Shown piece by piece: positions 1 to 7,507 of a stretch of 32,000 nucleotides of DNA. Position 1 is the stretch's first letter; each line of letters opens with the position of its first letter. Position numbers and translations under genes: made by a program. The stretch is from Bifidobacterium longum subsp. longum JCM 1217 (GTDB taxonomy: Bacteria > Actinomycetota > Actinomycetes > Actinomycetales > Bifidobacteriaceae): assembly GCF_000196555.1 (NCBI RefSeq), contig NC_015067.1, positions 60,001 to 92,000 on the forward strand, read 5' to 3'. Below the pieces are notes generated by a model that did not search any database, was not told the origin of the DNA, and worked only from the letters and a program-made list of their open reading frames with translations.

Positions 1-72
1 TAGCCGCGTTGCACGGAAAAACAAGAAATCCGCCCCTCGAAGTGAAGATAGGACACAGCAGACGCCGCAATA

Positions 73-116
73 CAAAAACGCCGTGTCAGTTGCCCAGTTG
101 GGGCTGACACGGCGTC
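73..116 (-). terminator. Intrinsic terminator downstream of trpS
   Basis: The 12-bp arms acgccgtgtcag (78-89) and ctgacacggcgt (104-115) are perfectly complementary. On the minus strand the stem is followed by TTTTTGTATT, directly 3' of the trpS stop at 138. Confidence 0.75.
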
Positions 117-137
117 TTGCTACGAGCGGCGGGAAAA

Positions 138-1229
138 TCAGTACTTCATGCCCATGGCCTCGCGCACCTGGTCGAGGGTCTCCTCGGCGATGGCGTTGGC
201 GCGCTTGTTGCCGTCGTGCAGGATGTCACGAATGGAATCCATGTCCTTGGCCAGCTCGGCGCGGCGCTCGCGGTGCGGGGCCAGGAACTCGTTGACTGAT
301 TCGATGACGTATGCCTTGAGCGCGCCGGCGCCGGAATCACCGATCTCCTCGGCGATGTCCTTCGGGTCGCGGCCGGTCACCAGGCCGGCGGTGGTCAGCA
401 GGGCGGAGACCTGCGGGCGGGCAACCGGGTCGAAGGTGATGCGGCGCTCGGAATCGGTCGGGCTCTTCTTGATGAGCTTGGCGGTTTCCTCGGCGGTGGC
501 GCCCAGCATGATGGAGTTGCCGTACGACTTGCTCATCTTGCGGCCGTCGAGACCCGGAATCTCCGGTGCCTCAGACAGAATGGCGGCCGGCTCCGGGAAC
601 ACCGGGTTCTTCTTGGCGTAACGCTCGTTGAAACGGCGGGCGATGGTGCGCGTGATTTCCACGTGCGGCAGGTTGTCCTTGCCGATCGGCACGACATTGG
701 CCTTGCAGAAGAGGATGTCGCACGCCTGATGCACCGGGTAGGTGAGCAGCAGACCGGTCAGCGCGTGGCCGGACGCCTCCATCTCGGACTTCACGGTCGG
801 GTTGCGGTGCAGCTCGGCCTCGGTGACCAAGGACAGGAACGGCAGCAGTAGCTGGTTCTCGGCCGGCACGGCGGAGTGGGTGAACATCATGGTCTTGTTC
901 GGATCGATGCCGGCGGCCATGTAGTCGAGCACCAGGTTCAGCACGTTGTCTTGGATGTGCTCGGTGGTGTCGCGGTCGGTGATCACCTGGTAGTCGGCGA
1001 TGATGATGTTCGTGTTGACGCCGCGCTCCTGCATGGCGACACGCTCACGGATCGAGCCGAAGTAGTGGCCGAGGTGCAGCCGGCCGGTCGGGCGGTCGCC
1101 GGTCAACATGGTGAAGGACGACGGCTTGGCCTCCAGCTTGGCGAGCGTTTCGTCCGAACGCTTTTTGGCCGCGAGGAAGCTCGCGCTCATCTCATTGCCT
1201 GCCGCTGTCAGTTGCTGCTCGTCGGTCAT
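138..1229 (-). CDS. trpS: Tryptophanyl-tRNA synthetase
   Basis: Class I aaRS signatures are present: GRLHLGHYFG (HIGH-like) and KMSKSYGNSI (KMSKS). I chose the start at MTDEQQL (ATG at 1229). The ORF-track N-terminal extension up to 1343 looks non-coding. Confidence 0.92.
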   Translation of the reverse strand: MTDEQQLTAAGNEMSASFLAAKKRSDETLAKLEAKPSSFTMLTGDRPTGRLHLGHYFGSIRERVAMQERGVNTNIIIADYQVITDRDTTEHIQDNVLNLVLDYMAAGIDPNKTMMFTHSAVPAENQLLLPFLSLVTEAELHRNPTVKSEMEASGHALTGLLLTYPVHQACDILFCKANVVPIGKDNLPHVEITRTIARRFNERYAKKNPVFPEPAAILSEAPEIPGLDGRKMSKSYGNSIMLGATAEETAKLIKKSPTDSERRITFDPVARPQVSALLTTAGLVTGRDPKDIAEEIGDSGAGALKAYVIESVNEFLAPHRERRAELAKDMDSIRDILHDGNKRANAIAEETLDQVREAMGMKY

Positions 1230-1362
1230 GCGAAAATCCTTTGAATATGCCCTAAATAAACGCTTTTTATGGTAAAAGTGTGAGCCGACAACGAACAAGC
1301 CACTATTAGTGGTACTCTCTATTGTTGATGAATCGAACAGCACAGTAATCGCAGGGGGTCAG

Positions 1363-1752
1363 ATGGGCCGCGGACGTCAAAAAGCAAAACAGCAGAAAAT
1401 TGCCCGAAAGCTCAAGTACCTGACCACCGATACCGACTACGATGAGCTGGCAAAAGAGCTGAGCGAGCAGGAGCCGGGAATGGGCTCTCCTGACCCGTTC
1501 GCCGACATCGATGACCAGTATGCGGACAAGGATGTGGATTCCGCTGCTGATGACCACGCTTCCGGTGCCGCCGAGGCAGCTCCCGCTACGCAGGAGGATG
1601 ACCTCGACGAGTACGCCAAGTGGGCTGCCGAAGCCGCCGCAAAGGCGACCAGCGGCGAGTTCCCGGCCTCCGCGCCTGCCGCACCGAAGCCGGCCCCGCG
1701 CAAGCCGATTCCGATGCCCATGCCTTCCGCGCTCAAGCCCAAGAAGAGCTGA
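1363..1752 (+). CDS. DUF3073-family conserved actinobacterial protein
   Basis: The N-terminus MGRGRQKAKQQKIARKLKY is typical of DUF3073, followed by an acidic/Ala-Pro-rich tail. ATG at 1363 is preceded by gcaggggg as a ribosome binding site (RBS). The gene is divergent from trpS. Confidence 0.8.
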   Translation: MGRGRQKAKQQKIARKLKYLTTDTDYDELAKELSEQEPGMGSPDPFADIDDQYADKDVDSAADDHASGAAEAAPATQEDDLDEYAKWAAEAAAKATSGEFPASAPAAPKPAPRKPIPMPMPSALKPKKS

Positions 1753-1772
1753 ACGCCGGTCTTCTCGTAATA

Positions 1773-1810
1773 ATCCCCTTGTGCTTGGTTGAGCACAAGG
1801 GGATTTGTGG
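1773..1810. terminator. Hairpin terminator between convergent DUF3073 and SCP-like genes
   Basis: The arms atccccttgtgct (1773-1785) and agcacaaggggat (1792-1804) are perfect, followed by tttgtggtt. Confidence 0.65.
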
Positions 1811-1857
1811 TTATGGCTGATGGTGCCGCCGCTGGTGGCTTACTTACGCTTCGCGCC

Positions 1858-2277
1858 TCACAGCGGCAGCAGGTCGCTCAGGTCGTCGCGCTCGCCGACC
1901 GCGCTGATGTGGCCGGCGTCCTTTTCCTCTGCCCATGTGGTGATGCCGCAGGCCAGCCGCAGCCAGACTTCCGGGTCCAGCTCGATGACGTCCGGCGGGG
2001 TCAGGTTATGCGGGTCCGATTCCGGGCCGTCCAAGATTTTGACCGCCCCCCACGGCGCGACACGCACCTCCACGCCAGGGCCGGGTGCGCGCCGCTCCAG
2101 CAGAAACAGCGAGTAGCGCACGGCCATCGCCCACACCGGGCGTGGCAAGACAGGGGAGACGGTCAGACGATGTGGTGTGTTGTCCGCCAGCTCCCGGGCC
2201 GCGGCACGCCATTGCACCAGCGCGTCATGCCCGCGTTTCAGGTCTTTTTCAAGAATTACTGCCATGTATCCCATCAT
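1858..2277 (-). CDS. Putative sterol-carrier (SCP)-like family protein
   Basis: The ORF has actinobacterial coding character. The C-terminal segment LDPEVWLRLACGITTWAEEKDAGHISAVGERDDLSDLLPL resembles bacterial SCP-orthologue proteins, but this recognition is from memory only. The start is ambiguous (M at 2277, 2274 or 2265). Confidence 0.45.
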   Translation of the reverse strand: MMGYMAVILEKDLKRGHDALVQWRAAARELADNTPHRLTVSPVLPRPVWAMAVRYSLFLLERRAPGPGVEVRVAPWGAVKILDGPESDPHNLTPPDVIELDPEVWLRLACGITTWAEEKDAGHISAVGERDDLSDLLPL

Positions 2278-2484
2278 GGCACCGGAGCCGGAAGATCTTC
2301 CATAATGCAAACGATGGCATACGGTGTGATGCGGAATATCGGGGCATGTGCTACGCTCTAAATGAGAACGTATGCAAGAACGCTCCGCCATCGTCGTTAC
2401 GGAGAGTTCATGCTTACGTTTGTGCGACGATACCTATCGCGCGGCATAATAAACACGGGCACTTATCCCGGAAGGAAAGTCAGA

Positions 2485-4932
2485 ATGACCGAAATCACCG
2501 CACCGAAGTCTCCTGTCACGGCGGAACAATTCGCCGACGAGATTCGTGAACAACTGAAATACACTCAGAACGTCACCACCGAGCAGGCTACCCCTGCTGA
2601 CGTGTATGTCGCCGCATCCAAGGCCGTGCGCAACCACCTTGCCGACTCCTGGTTCAAGACCCAGGCCGACACCGTGAACGGCAACACCAAGGCCGTCGGC
2701 TACCTGTCCGCAGAATTCCTGATGGGTAAGCAGCTGCGCAACGCGCTGCTCAACGCCGGTCTGACCGAGCAGTTCGACAAGGCCGTGGAAGCCCTCGGCT
2801 TCAAGGTCCAGGACGTCGTCGACGCCGAATACGAGCCGGGCCTCGGCAACGGCGGCCTCGGCCGTCTGGCCGCCTGCTTCATCGACTCCCTCGCCTCGCT
2901 GGGCGTGCCGGCCTTCGGCTACGGCATCCAGTACAAGTACGGCATCTTCAAGCAGGAGTTCGACAAGGACGGCAAGCAGGTCGAAACCCCGGACTACTGG
3001 CTGGCCAACGAAGAGCCGTGGGGCCACATCGACTACAACCGCGACCAGAAGGTTTCCTTCGGCGGCAAGGTCGTCGAGAACGCCGACGGCACCAAGACCT
3101 GGCAGCCCGCATGGTCCGTGCGCGCCGTGCCGGTGGACTACCTGGTCCCCGGCTACAAGTCCGGCCGCGTGAACACCCTGCGCCTGTGGAGCGCCAAGAG
3201 CTACGACGAGTTCGATCTGCTCGCCTTCAACCGCTCCGAGTACATGGAAGCCGTGACCCCGCAGGTCAAGGCCGAGAACATCTCCAAGATTCTCTACCCG
3301 GAAGACTCCACCAAGGTCGGCAAGGAACTGCGCCTTGAGCAGCAGTACTTCTTCGTCTCCGCCTCCCTGCACGACGCCATCCGCGTCTTCTACCCGGGCC
3401 AGGACAAGCCGGATCTGACGACTTTCCCGAACAAGATCGTCTTCCAGCTCAACGACACCCACCCGGTGATCGGCATCCCCGAGCTCATGCGCATCCTCAT
3501 CGATGAGTACGGCTACGACTGGGATACCGCGTGGTCCATCACCACCAAGACCTTCAACTACACCTGCCACACCCTGCTGCCGGAGGCCCTTGAGGTCTGG
3601 CCGGCCAGCCTGATCGGCGAGCTGCTGCCGCGTCACCTTGAGATCATCGAGAAGATCAACGCGCAGTTCGAGGACGAGCTCAAGTCCAAGGGCGTCGACA
3701 AGAACACCATCAAGGACATGGCCATCTACACTGGCGACGCCGTGCGCATGGCCTACTTGGCCACCTACGGCGGCTCCCACGTCAACGGCGTGGCCGAGCT
3801 GCACTCCCAGCTCCTGAAGGACGTCACTCTCAAGAACTTCTCCGACGTCTACCCGGACAAGTTCACCAACGTGACCAACGGCGTGACTCCGCGTCGCTTC
3901 GTCAAGCTCGCCAACCCGCGCCTGTCCGACCTCATCACCGAGGGCCTCGGCACCGACAAGTGGCTCTCCGACCTGGAGATGCTCAAGGGCCTCGAGCCGC
4001 TGGCCAAGGACGATGAATTCGTCAAGAAGTTCGCCGCCGTCAAGAAGGCCAACAAGGTCGACTTCGCCGCCTACGCCAAGCGCGAGTACGGCTTCGAGCT
4101 CGACCCGAACACCATGTTCAACACCATGGTTAAGCGCCTGCACGAGTACAAGCGCCAGTCCCTGAAGATCCTGTCCGTCATCTCCACCTACGCCGACATC
4201 AAGTCCGGCAAGGTCAAGGCCGAGGACGTCACCCCGCGCACCGTGTTCTTCGGTGCCAAGGCCGCCCCGGGCTACTACCTGGCCAAGATGACCATCCAGC
4301 TCATCAACAACGTCTCCCGCGTGGTCAACAACGATCCGGACGTCAAGGGCAAGCTGGCCGTGTACTTCCCGTGGAACTACAATGTGCGCCTCGCCCAGCA
4401 CCTGATTCCCGCCACCGACCTCGACGAGCAGATCTCGCAGGCCGGCAAGGAGGCCTCGGGTACCGGCAACATGAAGTTCGCCCTCAACGGCGCGATGACC
4501 GTCGGTACGCTCGATGGCGCGAACGTCGAGATCCGTGAGCGCGTCGGCGCCGAGAACTTCTTCCTGTTCGGCATGACCGTCGACGAGGTCGAGAAGAAGT
4601 ACGCCGAGGGCTACAATCCCGCCTCCTACTACGAGGCCGACCCGCGCCTGAAGCACGCCATCGATATGGTGGCCGACGGCACCTTCTCCAACGGCGACCG
4701 CAACGCCTACTCCCCGCTCGTGGCCGACTGGCTGACCAAGGACTGGTTCATGACCTTGGCCGACTTCTCCGCCTACATGGACATCCAGTCCGAGATCGAG
4801 GCCCTCTACGCTGATGAGCTCGAATGGAACCGCAAGGCCCTGCTCAACGTGGCCAACTCCGGCTACTTCAGCTCCGACCGCTCCATGGAAGACTATTTGG
4901 AACGTATCTGGCACACTGCTCCTCTGGCCTGA
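2485..4932 (+). CDS. glgP: Glycogen/maltodextrin phosphorylase
   Basis: The 815-aa product carries the pyridoxal-phosphate lysine motif EASGTGNMKFALNGA and GLGNGGLGRLAACF. ATG at 2485 is preceded by ggaaggaaag (RBS). Confidence 0.95.
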   Translation: MTEITAPKSPVTAEQFADEIREQLKYTQNVTTEQATPADVYVAASKAVRNHLADSWFKTQADTVNGNTKAVGYLSAEFLMGKQLRNALLNAGLTEQFDKAVEALGFKVQDVVDAEYEPGLGNGGLGRLAACFIDSLASLGVPAFGYGIQYKYGIFKQEFDKDGKQVETPDYWLANEEPWGHIDYNRDQKVSFGGKVVENADGTKTWQPAWSVRAVPVDYLVPGYKSGRVNTLRLWSAKSYDEFDLLAFNRSEYMEAVTPQVKAENISKILYPEDSTKVGKELRLEQQYFFVSASLHDAIRVFYPGQDKPDLTTFPNKIVFQLNDTHPVIGIPELMRILIDEYGYDWDTAWSITTKTFNYTCHTLLPEALEVWPASLIGELLPRHLEIIEKINAQFEDELKSKGVDKNTIKDMAIYTGDAVRMAYLATYGGSHVNGVAELHSQLLKDVTLKNFSDVYPDKFTNVTNGVTPRRFVKLANPRLSDLITEGLGTDKWLSDLEMLKGLEPLAKDDEFVKKFAAVKKANKVDFAAYAKREYGFELDPNTMFNTMVKRLHEYKRQSLKILSVISTYADIKSGKVKAEDVTPRTVFFGAKAAPGYYLAKMTIQLINNVSRVVNNDPDVKGKLAVYFPWNYNVRLAQHLIPATDLDEQISQAGKEASGTGNMKFALNGAMTVGTLDGANVEIRERVGAENFFLFGMTVDEVEKKYAEGYNPASYYEADPRLKHAIDMVADGTFSNGDRNAYSPLVADWLTKDWFMTLADFSAYMDIQSEIEALYADELEWNRKALLNVANSGYFSSDRSMEDYLERIWHTAPLA

Positions 4933-5082
4933 CGGCCGCCGGAGCGGCGCGCCAGCTACGTGCTGGTTTCTACCTCGCGGCTGTCGCCGCTCGGCGTCGC
5001 CTACGGGAAGCCCACCGGGCTTCCCGCTTAACGGCTCCGCGTATCTGGCACACTGCTCCTCTGGCCTGACGGCCGCCGGAGC
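4903..5082. repeat. Perfect 43-bp direct repeat (4903-4945 and 5040-5082) bracketing a 94-bp insert
   Basis: The sequence cgtatctggcacactgctcctctggcctgacggccgccggagc occurs twice. Copy 1 contains the last 10 codons and stop codon of glgP. The insert contains the hairpin gggaagccc-accg-ggcttccc (5005-5025). Confidence 0.9.
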
Positions 5083-5085
5083 ATA

Positions 5086-5128
5086 AGAAGCCCCGCAACC
5101 GACATCCATCGGTTGCGGGGCTTCTTGC
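5086..5128. terminator. Bidirectional intrinsic terminator (glgP / small membrane protein gene)
   Basis: The arms aagaagccccgcaaccga and tcggttgcggggcttctt form a stem of about 18 bp with flanking A/T residues on both sides. Confidence 0.8.
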
Positions 5129-5145
5129 GTTGAAAGACCGCCCTA

Positions 5146-5364
5146 TCAGGCTTCGGCCGGGGCGGCTTTCGCCTCGTCATCGGCCTCATCCTCGGCCTTA
5201 TTCAGACCTAGGTCGACCGGCGAGGAGCTGTTCTCCCACGGCTCCTCCCACGGATCGTAATCCGGGTTCTGCTGCTTGTAGATGTACAGGCCAACAAGCG
5301 CGGCGAGCAATCCGCCGAACAGCAGCGCGAAGAACTTCCAACCGTTAGAAGACTTGTTCTCCAT
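5146..5364 (-). CDS. Small membrane protein (single TM helix, acidic C-terminal tail), function unknown
   Basis: MENKSSNGWKFFALLFGGLLAALVGLYIY is followed by an acidic tail. ATG at 5364 is preceded by GGAAAGGAG (RBS). Confidence 0.6.
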   Translation of the reverse strand: MENKSSNGWKFFALLFGGLLAALVGLYIYKQQNPDYDPWEEPWENSSSPVDLGLNKAEDEADDEAKAAPAEA

Positions 5365-5561
5365 GACGGCTCCTTTCCCTAGGGATCGTCTGGTCGGTAT
5401 GCCCATTCAGACCGACTCTGCTCCCTATTCTAGGCCGCTGTTTGTGACGATTGGGTGGAATGACATTCGTGGGCGATTCATCCGCGCCCGTCTGCCCTTG
5501 GCCGGCTCGGCATCTTCGCGGCGCGTGGAACGCATCCGAGACCTTCGATACAGTGGGCTGC

Positions 5562-6314
5562 ATGCATATTCCTACACAACGGGAGATTCGATACCAGTGG
5601 GAGCGCGGTGGTCCGGTGATGACCTGGGCGCTGATTGTTGCGTGCGTGGCAGTGTGGCTACTGGAGGTATTGTTGGGATTTATTGCCCCGGGCCTGAGGG
5701 CTTGGTTGATGTACCTCGGCATGGCGGCTCCGGTCAGACTGGTGGCTGAGCCGTGGACGCTCATCACCTCGATGTTCCTGCATGCGCCGAACTCGCTATT
5801 GCATATCCTGTTCAACATGATTGCTCTGTATTCCGTGGGCCCAGTGCTGGAACGAATGATCGGCCACTGGCGGTTCTTGGGACTGTATGTGATTTCCGGC
5901 CTTGGCGGCTCCCTGGGACTTATGGTGTGGGCTGCGGTGGCTCCGGGAGGCATCGGCTGGCAGATGGCAGCCTATGGGGCTTCTGGAGCCTTATTTGGCC
6001 TGTTTGCATCATTGCTGGTGGTATATCGCCGTATCGGCGCCGATATCCGCTCCATGTTGATCTGGATGGCGGTGAACTTCGCCTTGCCGTTCGTGGTCGG
6101 TGGCGTGGCGTGGCAGGCGCATGTCGGCGGCTTTGTAGTGGGTGGAATACTCACATGGCTGCTGGTGGGTGGTGTGCCGGCGTGGCGCGGTAAAAGCCTG
6201 AAATGGCGCATGCAGGTGTACGGCTGGGCCATGGTGGTGCTGGTCATTGCGTTGATTCTGTTGTGCAATATGGCCAATCCTTACGGGTGGATGAGTTTCG
6301 GCTCCCTGCACTGA
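5562..6314 (+). CDS. Rhomboid-family intramembrane serine protease
   Basis: The protein is multi-TM, with the catalytic-Ser motif GASGALFG and a downstream AHVGGF His, plus HAPNSLLHILFNM. The start is uncertain: ATG at 5562 was chosen, and in-frame alternatives exist at 5451 and 5460. Confidence 0.82.
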   Translation: MHIPTQREIRYQWERGGPVMTWALIVACVAVWLLEVLLGFIAPGLRAWLMYLGMAAPVRLVAEPWTLITSMFLHAPNSLLHILFNMIALYSVGPVLERMIGHWRFLGLYVISGLGGSLGLMVWAAVAPGGIGWQMAAYGASGALFGLFASLLVVYRRIGADIRSMLIWMAVNFALPFVVGGVAWQAHVGGFVVGGILTWLLVGGVPAWRGKSLKWRMQVYGWAMVVLVIALILLCNMANPYGWMSFGSLH

Positions 6315-6333
6315 TATGGCTTGATATGGCTGT

Positions 6334-6384
6334 AAAAAAAAACGATTGATGCCGGGTATTGCGGAACATGCAGTGCCCGGCATC
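6334..6384 (-). terminator. Terminator-like hairpin followed by a T9 run on the minus strand
   Basis: The 9-bp arms gatgccggg (6348-6356) and cccggcatc (6376-6384) enclose a 19-nt loop. The A9 run at 6334-6342 reads as T9 after the stem on the minus strand. No annotated minus-strand gene ends here, because crgA has its own terminator at 6843-6871. Confidence 0.4.
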
Positions 6385-6407
6385 AGTGTATGTGCGGAAA
6401 GCGGCGA

Positions 6408-6822
6408 TGTGGATATCGTCGTTCGGCGAGTGGGTGTGTGCCGTATGAAGATATCCACAGTAATGAGATGCGCGCAATGACGAGTTATCCACGATAATGA
6501 GTTATCCACAATGGTGACTTGTGCACAAGTGTGTAGAAAAGTGCATAAGACTGTGGATAACTTATGTGGATAAGTTAGGAATGCCGCGGTATTATTGGGT
6601 TTGTTGCAGTGGATAACTCGGGTGTATAACTGTTCCCTCGCTGTGGCGATGTATGCCAAGCCAAAGTTATGCACGAGATATACACCGAGAAACGCCGCTT
6701 ATCCACCACTTATCCACATGGTTTTCCACATTCGGTGGAAAACTACATGGGTGTAATTCATCCACAGGCTGTGGATAACGTAGTGGATAAGTCGTGGATA
6801 AGTGGTGGATAGCTGTGGATGA
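6408..6822. promoter_or_regulatory. Dense DnaA-box cluster (17 boxes) in the rhomboid/crgA convergent intergenic region
   Basis: Perfect 9/9 matches to TTATCCACA or its complement: 6502-6510, 6552-6560, 6565-6573, 6710-6718, 6770-6778. Matches at 8/9: 6408, 6451, 6485, 6608, 6699, 6722, 6758, 6782, 6793, 6814. Matches at 7/9: 6734, 6804. The region is visibly AT-richer than its flanks. Confidence 0.85.
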
Positions 6823-6842
6823 ACAGGCTAAGGCACGAAAAA

Positions 6843-6871
6843 GGCCGACCTCCGCATACGGGAGGTCGGCC
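6843..6871 (-). terminator. Intrinsic terminator of crgA
   Basis: The stem ggccgacctcc / ggaggtcggcc has a 6-nt loop. On the minus strand it is followed by TTTTTTCGTG. Confidence 0.8.
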
Positions 6872-6947
6872 TTTCTCATAAGAATTAAGGACAACCTAAC
6901 GATAGAAAAAAACAATCTACCGATAGATAAGCGCAACGAGCCGGAAC

Positions 6948-7433
6948 TCAGCGCCATCCCATCGTCATCAGGAATCCGATCATGATCAGGGCGAAGCCGA
7001 TGCCGAGGTTCCACGCACCGATGTTCGGAATCGGCCAGGAACCGGACGGGGAGAGGTAGTACACCACGCACCAAATCAGGCCGATGATCATAAACGCGCA
7101 GAACAGCGGCACGAACCAACGCGGGTTCGACTTGGTGCCCTTAATGGTTTCTTCAACGCGCTTGGTGTTCTCCGCCTGGCGGTTCATCATACGCTGCATC
7201 TGCGGGGTCAGCGTGGCCTTATCGGCAGTGGCGTTGAGCACGGCCTGCACCTGCTCCATATTCACGCCGTAAGCCGCGCCTTCCTCGGCAGAAGCGTTCT
7301 CTGCGTTCTGCTCGGTGTCTTTGCTGGCGGTCTCGTCAGCAACGGTGCTGGATGAGGTCTCGCTCTGCCAGTCCTTCTGGTTGTTCGAGTCGGTTTCGTG
7401 CAGCTCTTCGTCAGCCATCAGCATAGTCTCCAT
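6948..7433 (-). CDS. crgA: Cell division protein CrgA, with a long acidic N-terminal extension
   Basis: The C-terminal half NPRWFVPLFCAFMIIGLIWCVVYYL...GAWNLGIGFALIMIGFLMTMGWR is the CrgA two-TM signature. Possible starts are at 7433, 7424 and 7418, none with a clear RBS. Confidence 0.85.
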   Translation of the reverse strand: METMLMADEELHETDSNNQKDWQSETSSSTVADETASKDTEQNAENASAEEGAAYGVNMEQVQAVLNATADKATLTPQMQRMMNRQAENTKRVEETIKGTKSNPRWFVPLFCAFMIIGLIWCVVYYLSPSGSWPIPNIGAWNLGIGFALIMIGFLMTMGWR

Positions 7434-7507
7434 TCAATAGGCTAAAAGTCATAATAGTGGCTACACTCGAAAGCGGCGACCAGAGTCGGCAAGAAGACAG
7501 GAAATTC

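Noticed and set aside
1230-1362. A possible T-box or attenuator leader upstream of trpS.
   Set aside because: The divergent intergenic region is only about 130 bp and is shared with the DUF3073 gene. It has no specifier-loop or antiterminator-like structure and is too short for a T-box.
2434-5109. An 891-aa ORF antisense to glgP. Similar long antisense or out-of-frame ORFs occur at 9375-10433(-), 11554-12657(+), 12906-14207(+), 16752-17606(+), 18112-19176(+), 20326-21516(+), 22097-23200(-), 23328-24638(-), 26069-27238(-), 27199-28020(-) and 30510-31424(-).
   Set aside because: These are typical high-GC artefacts. The translations are Arg/Gly/Val/His-rich with no recognisable motifs, and each fully overlaps a gene on the other strand or frame that has clear family signatures.
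6009-7119. ORFs 6009-6674(-), 6244-6492(-), 6667-7119(-) and 6794-6985(+) covering the DnaA-box gap.
   Set aside because: They overlap the rhomboid or crgA genes at their ends. Their translations are His/Thr/Cys-rich nonsense driven by the repeated TTATCCACA words, and none has an RBS.
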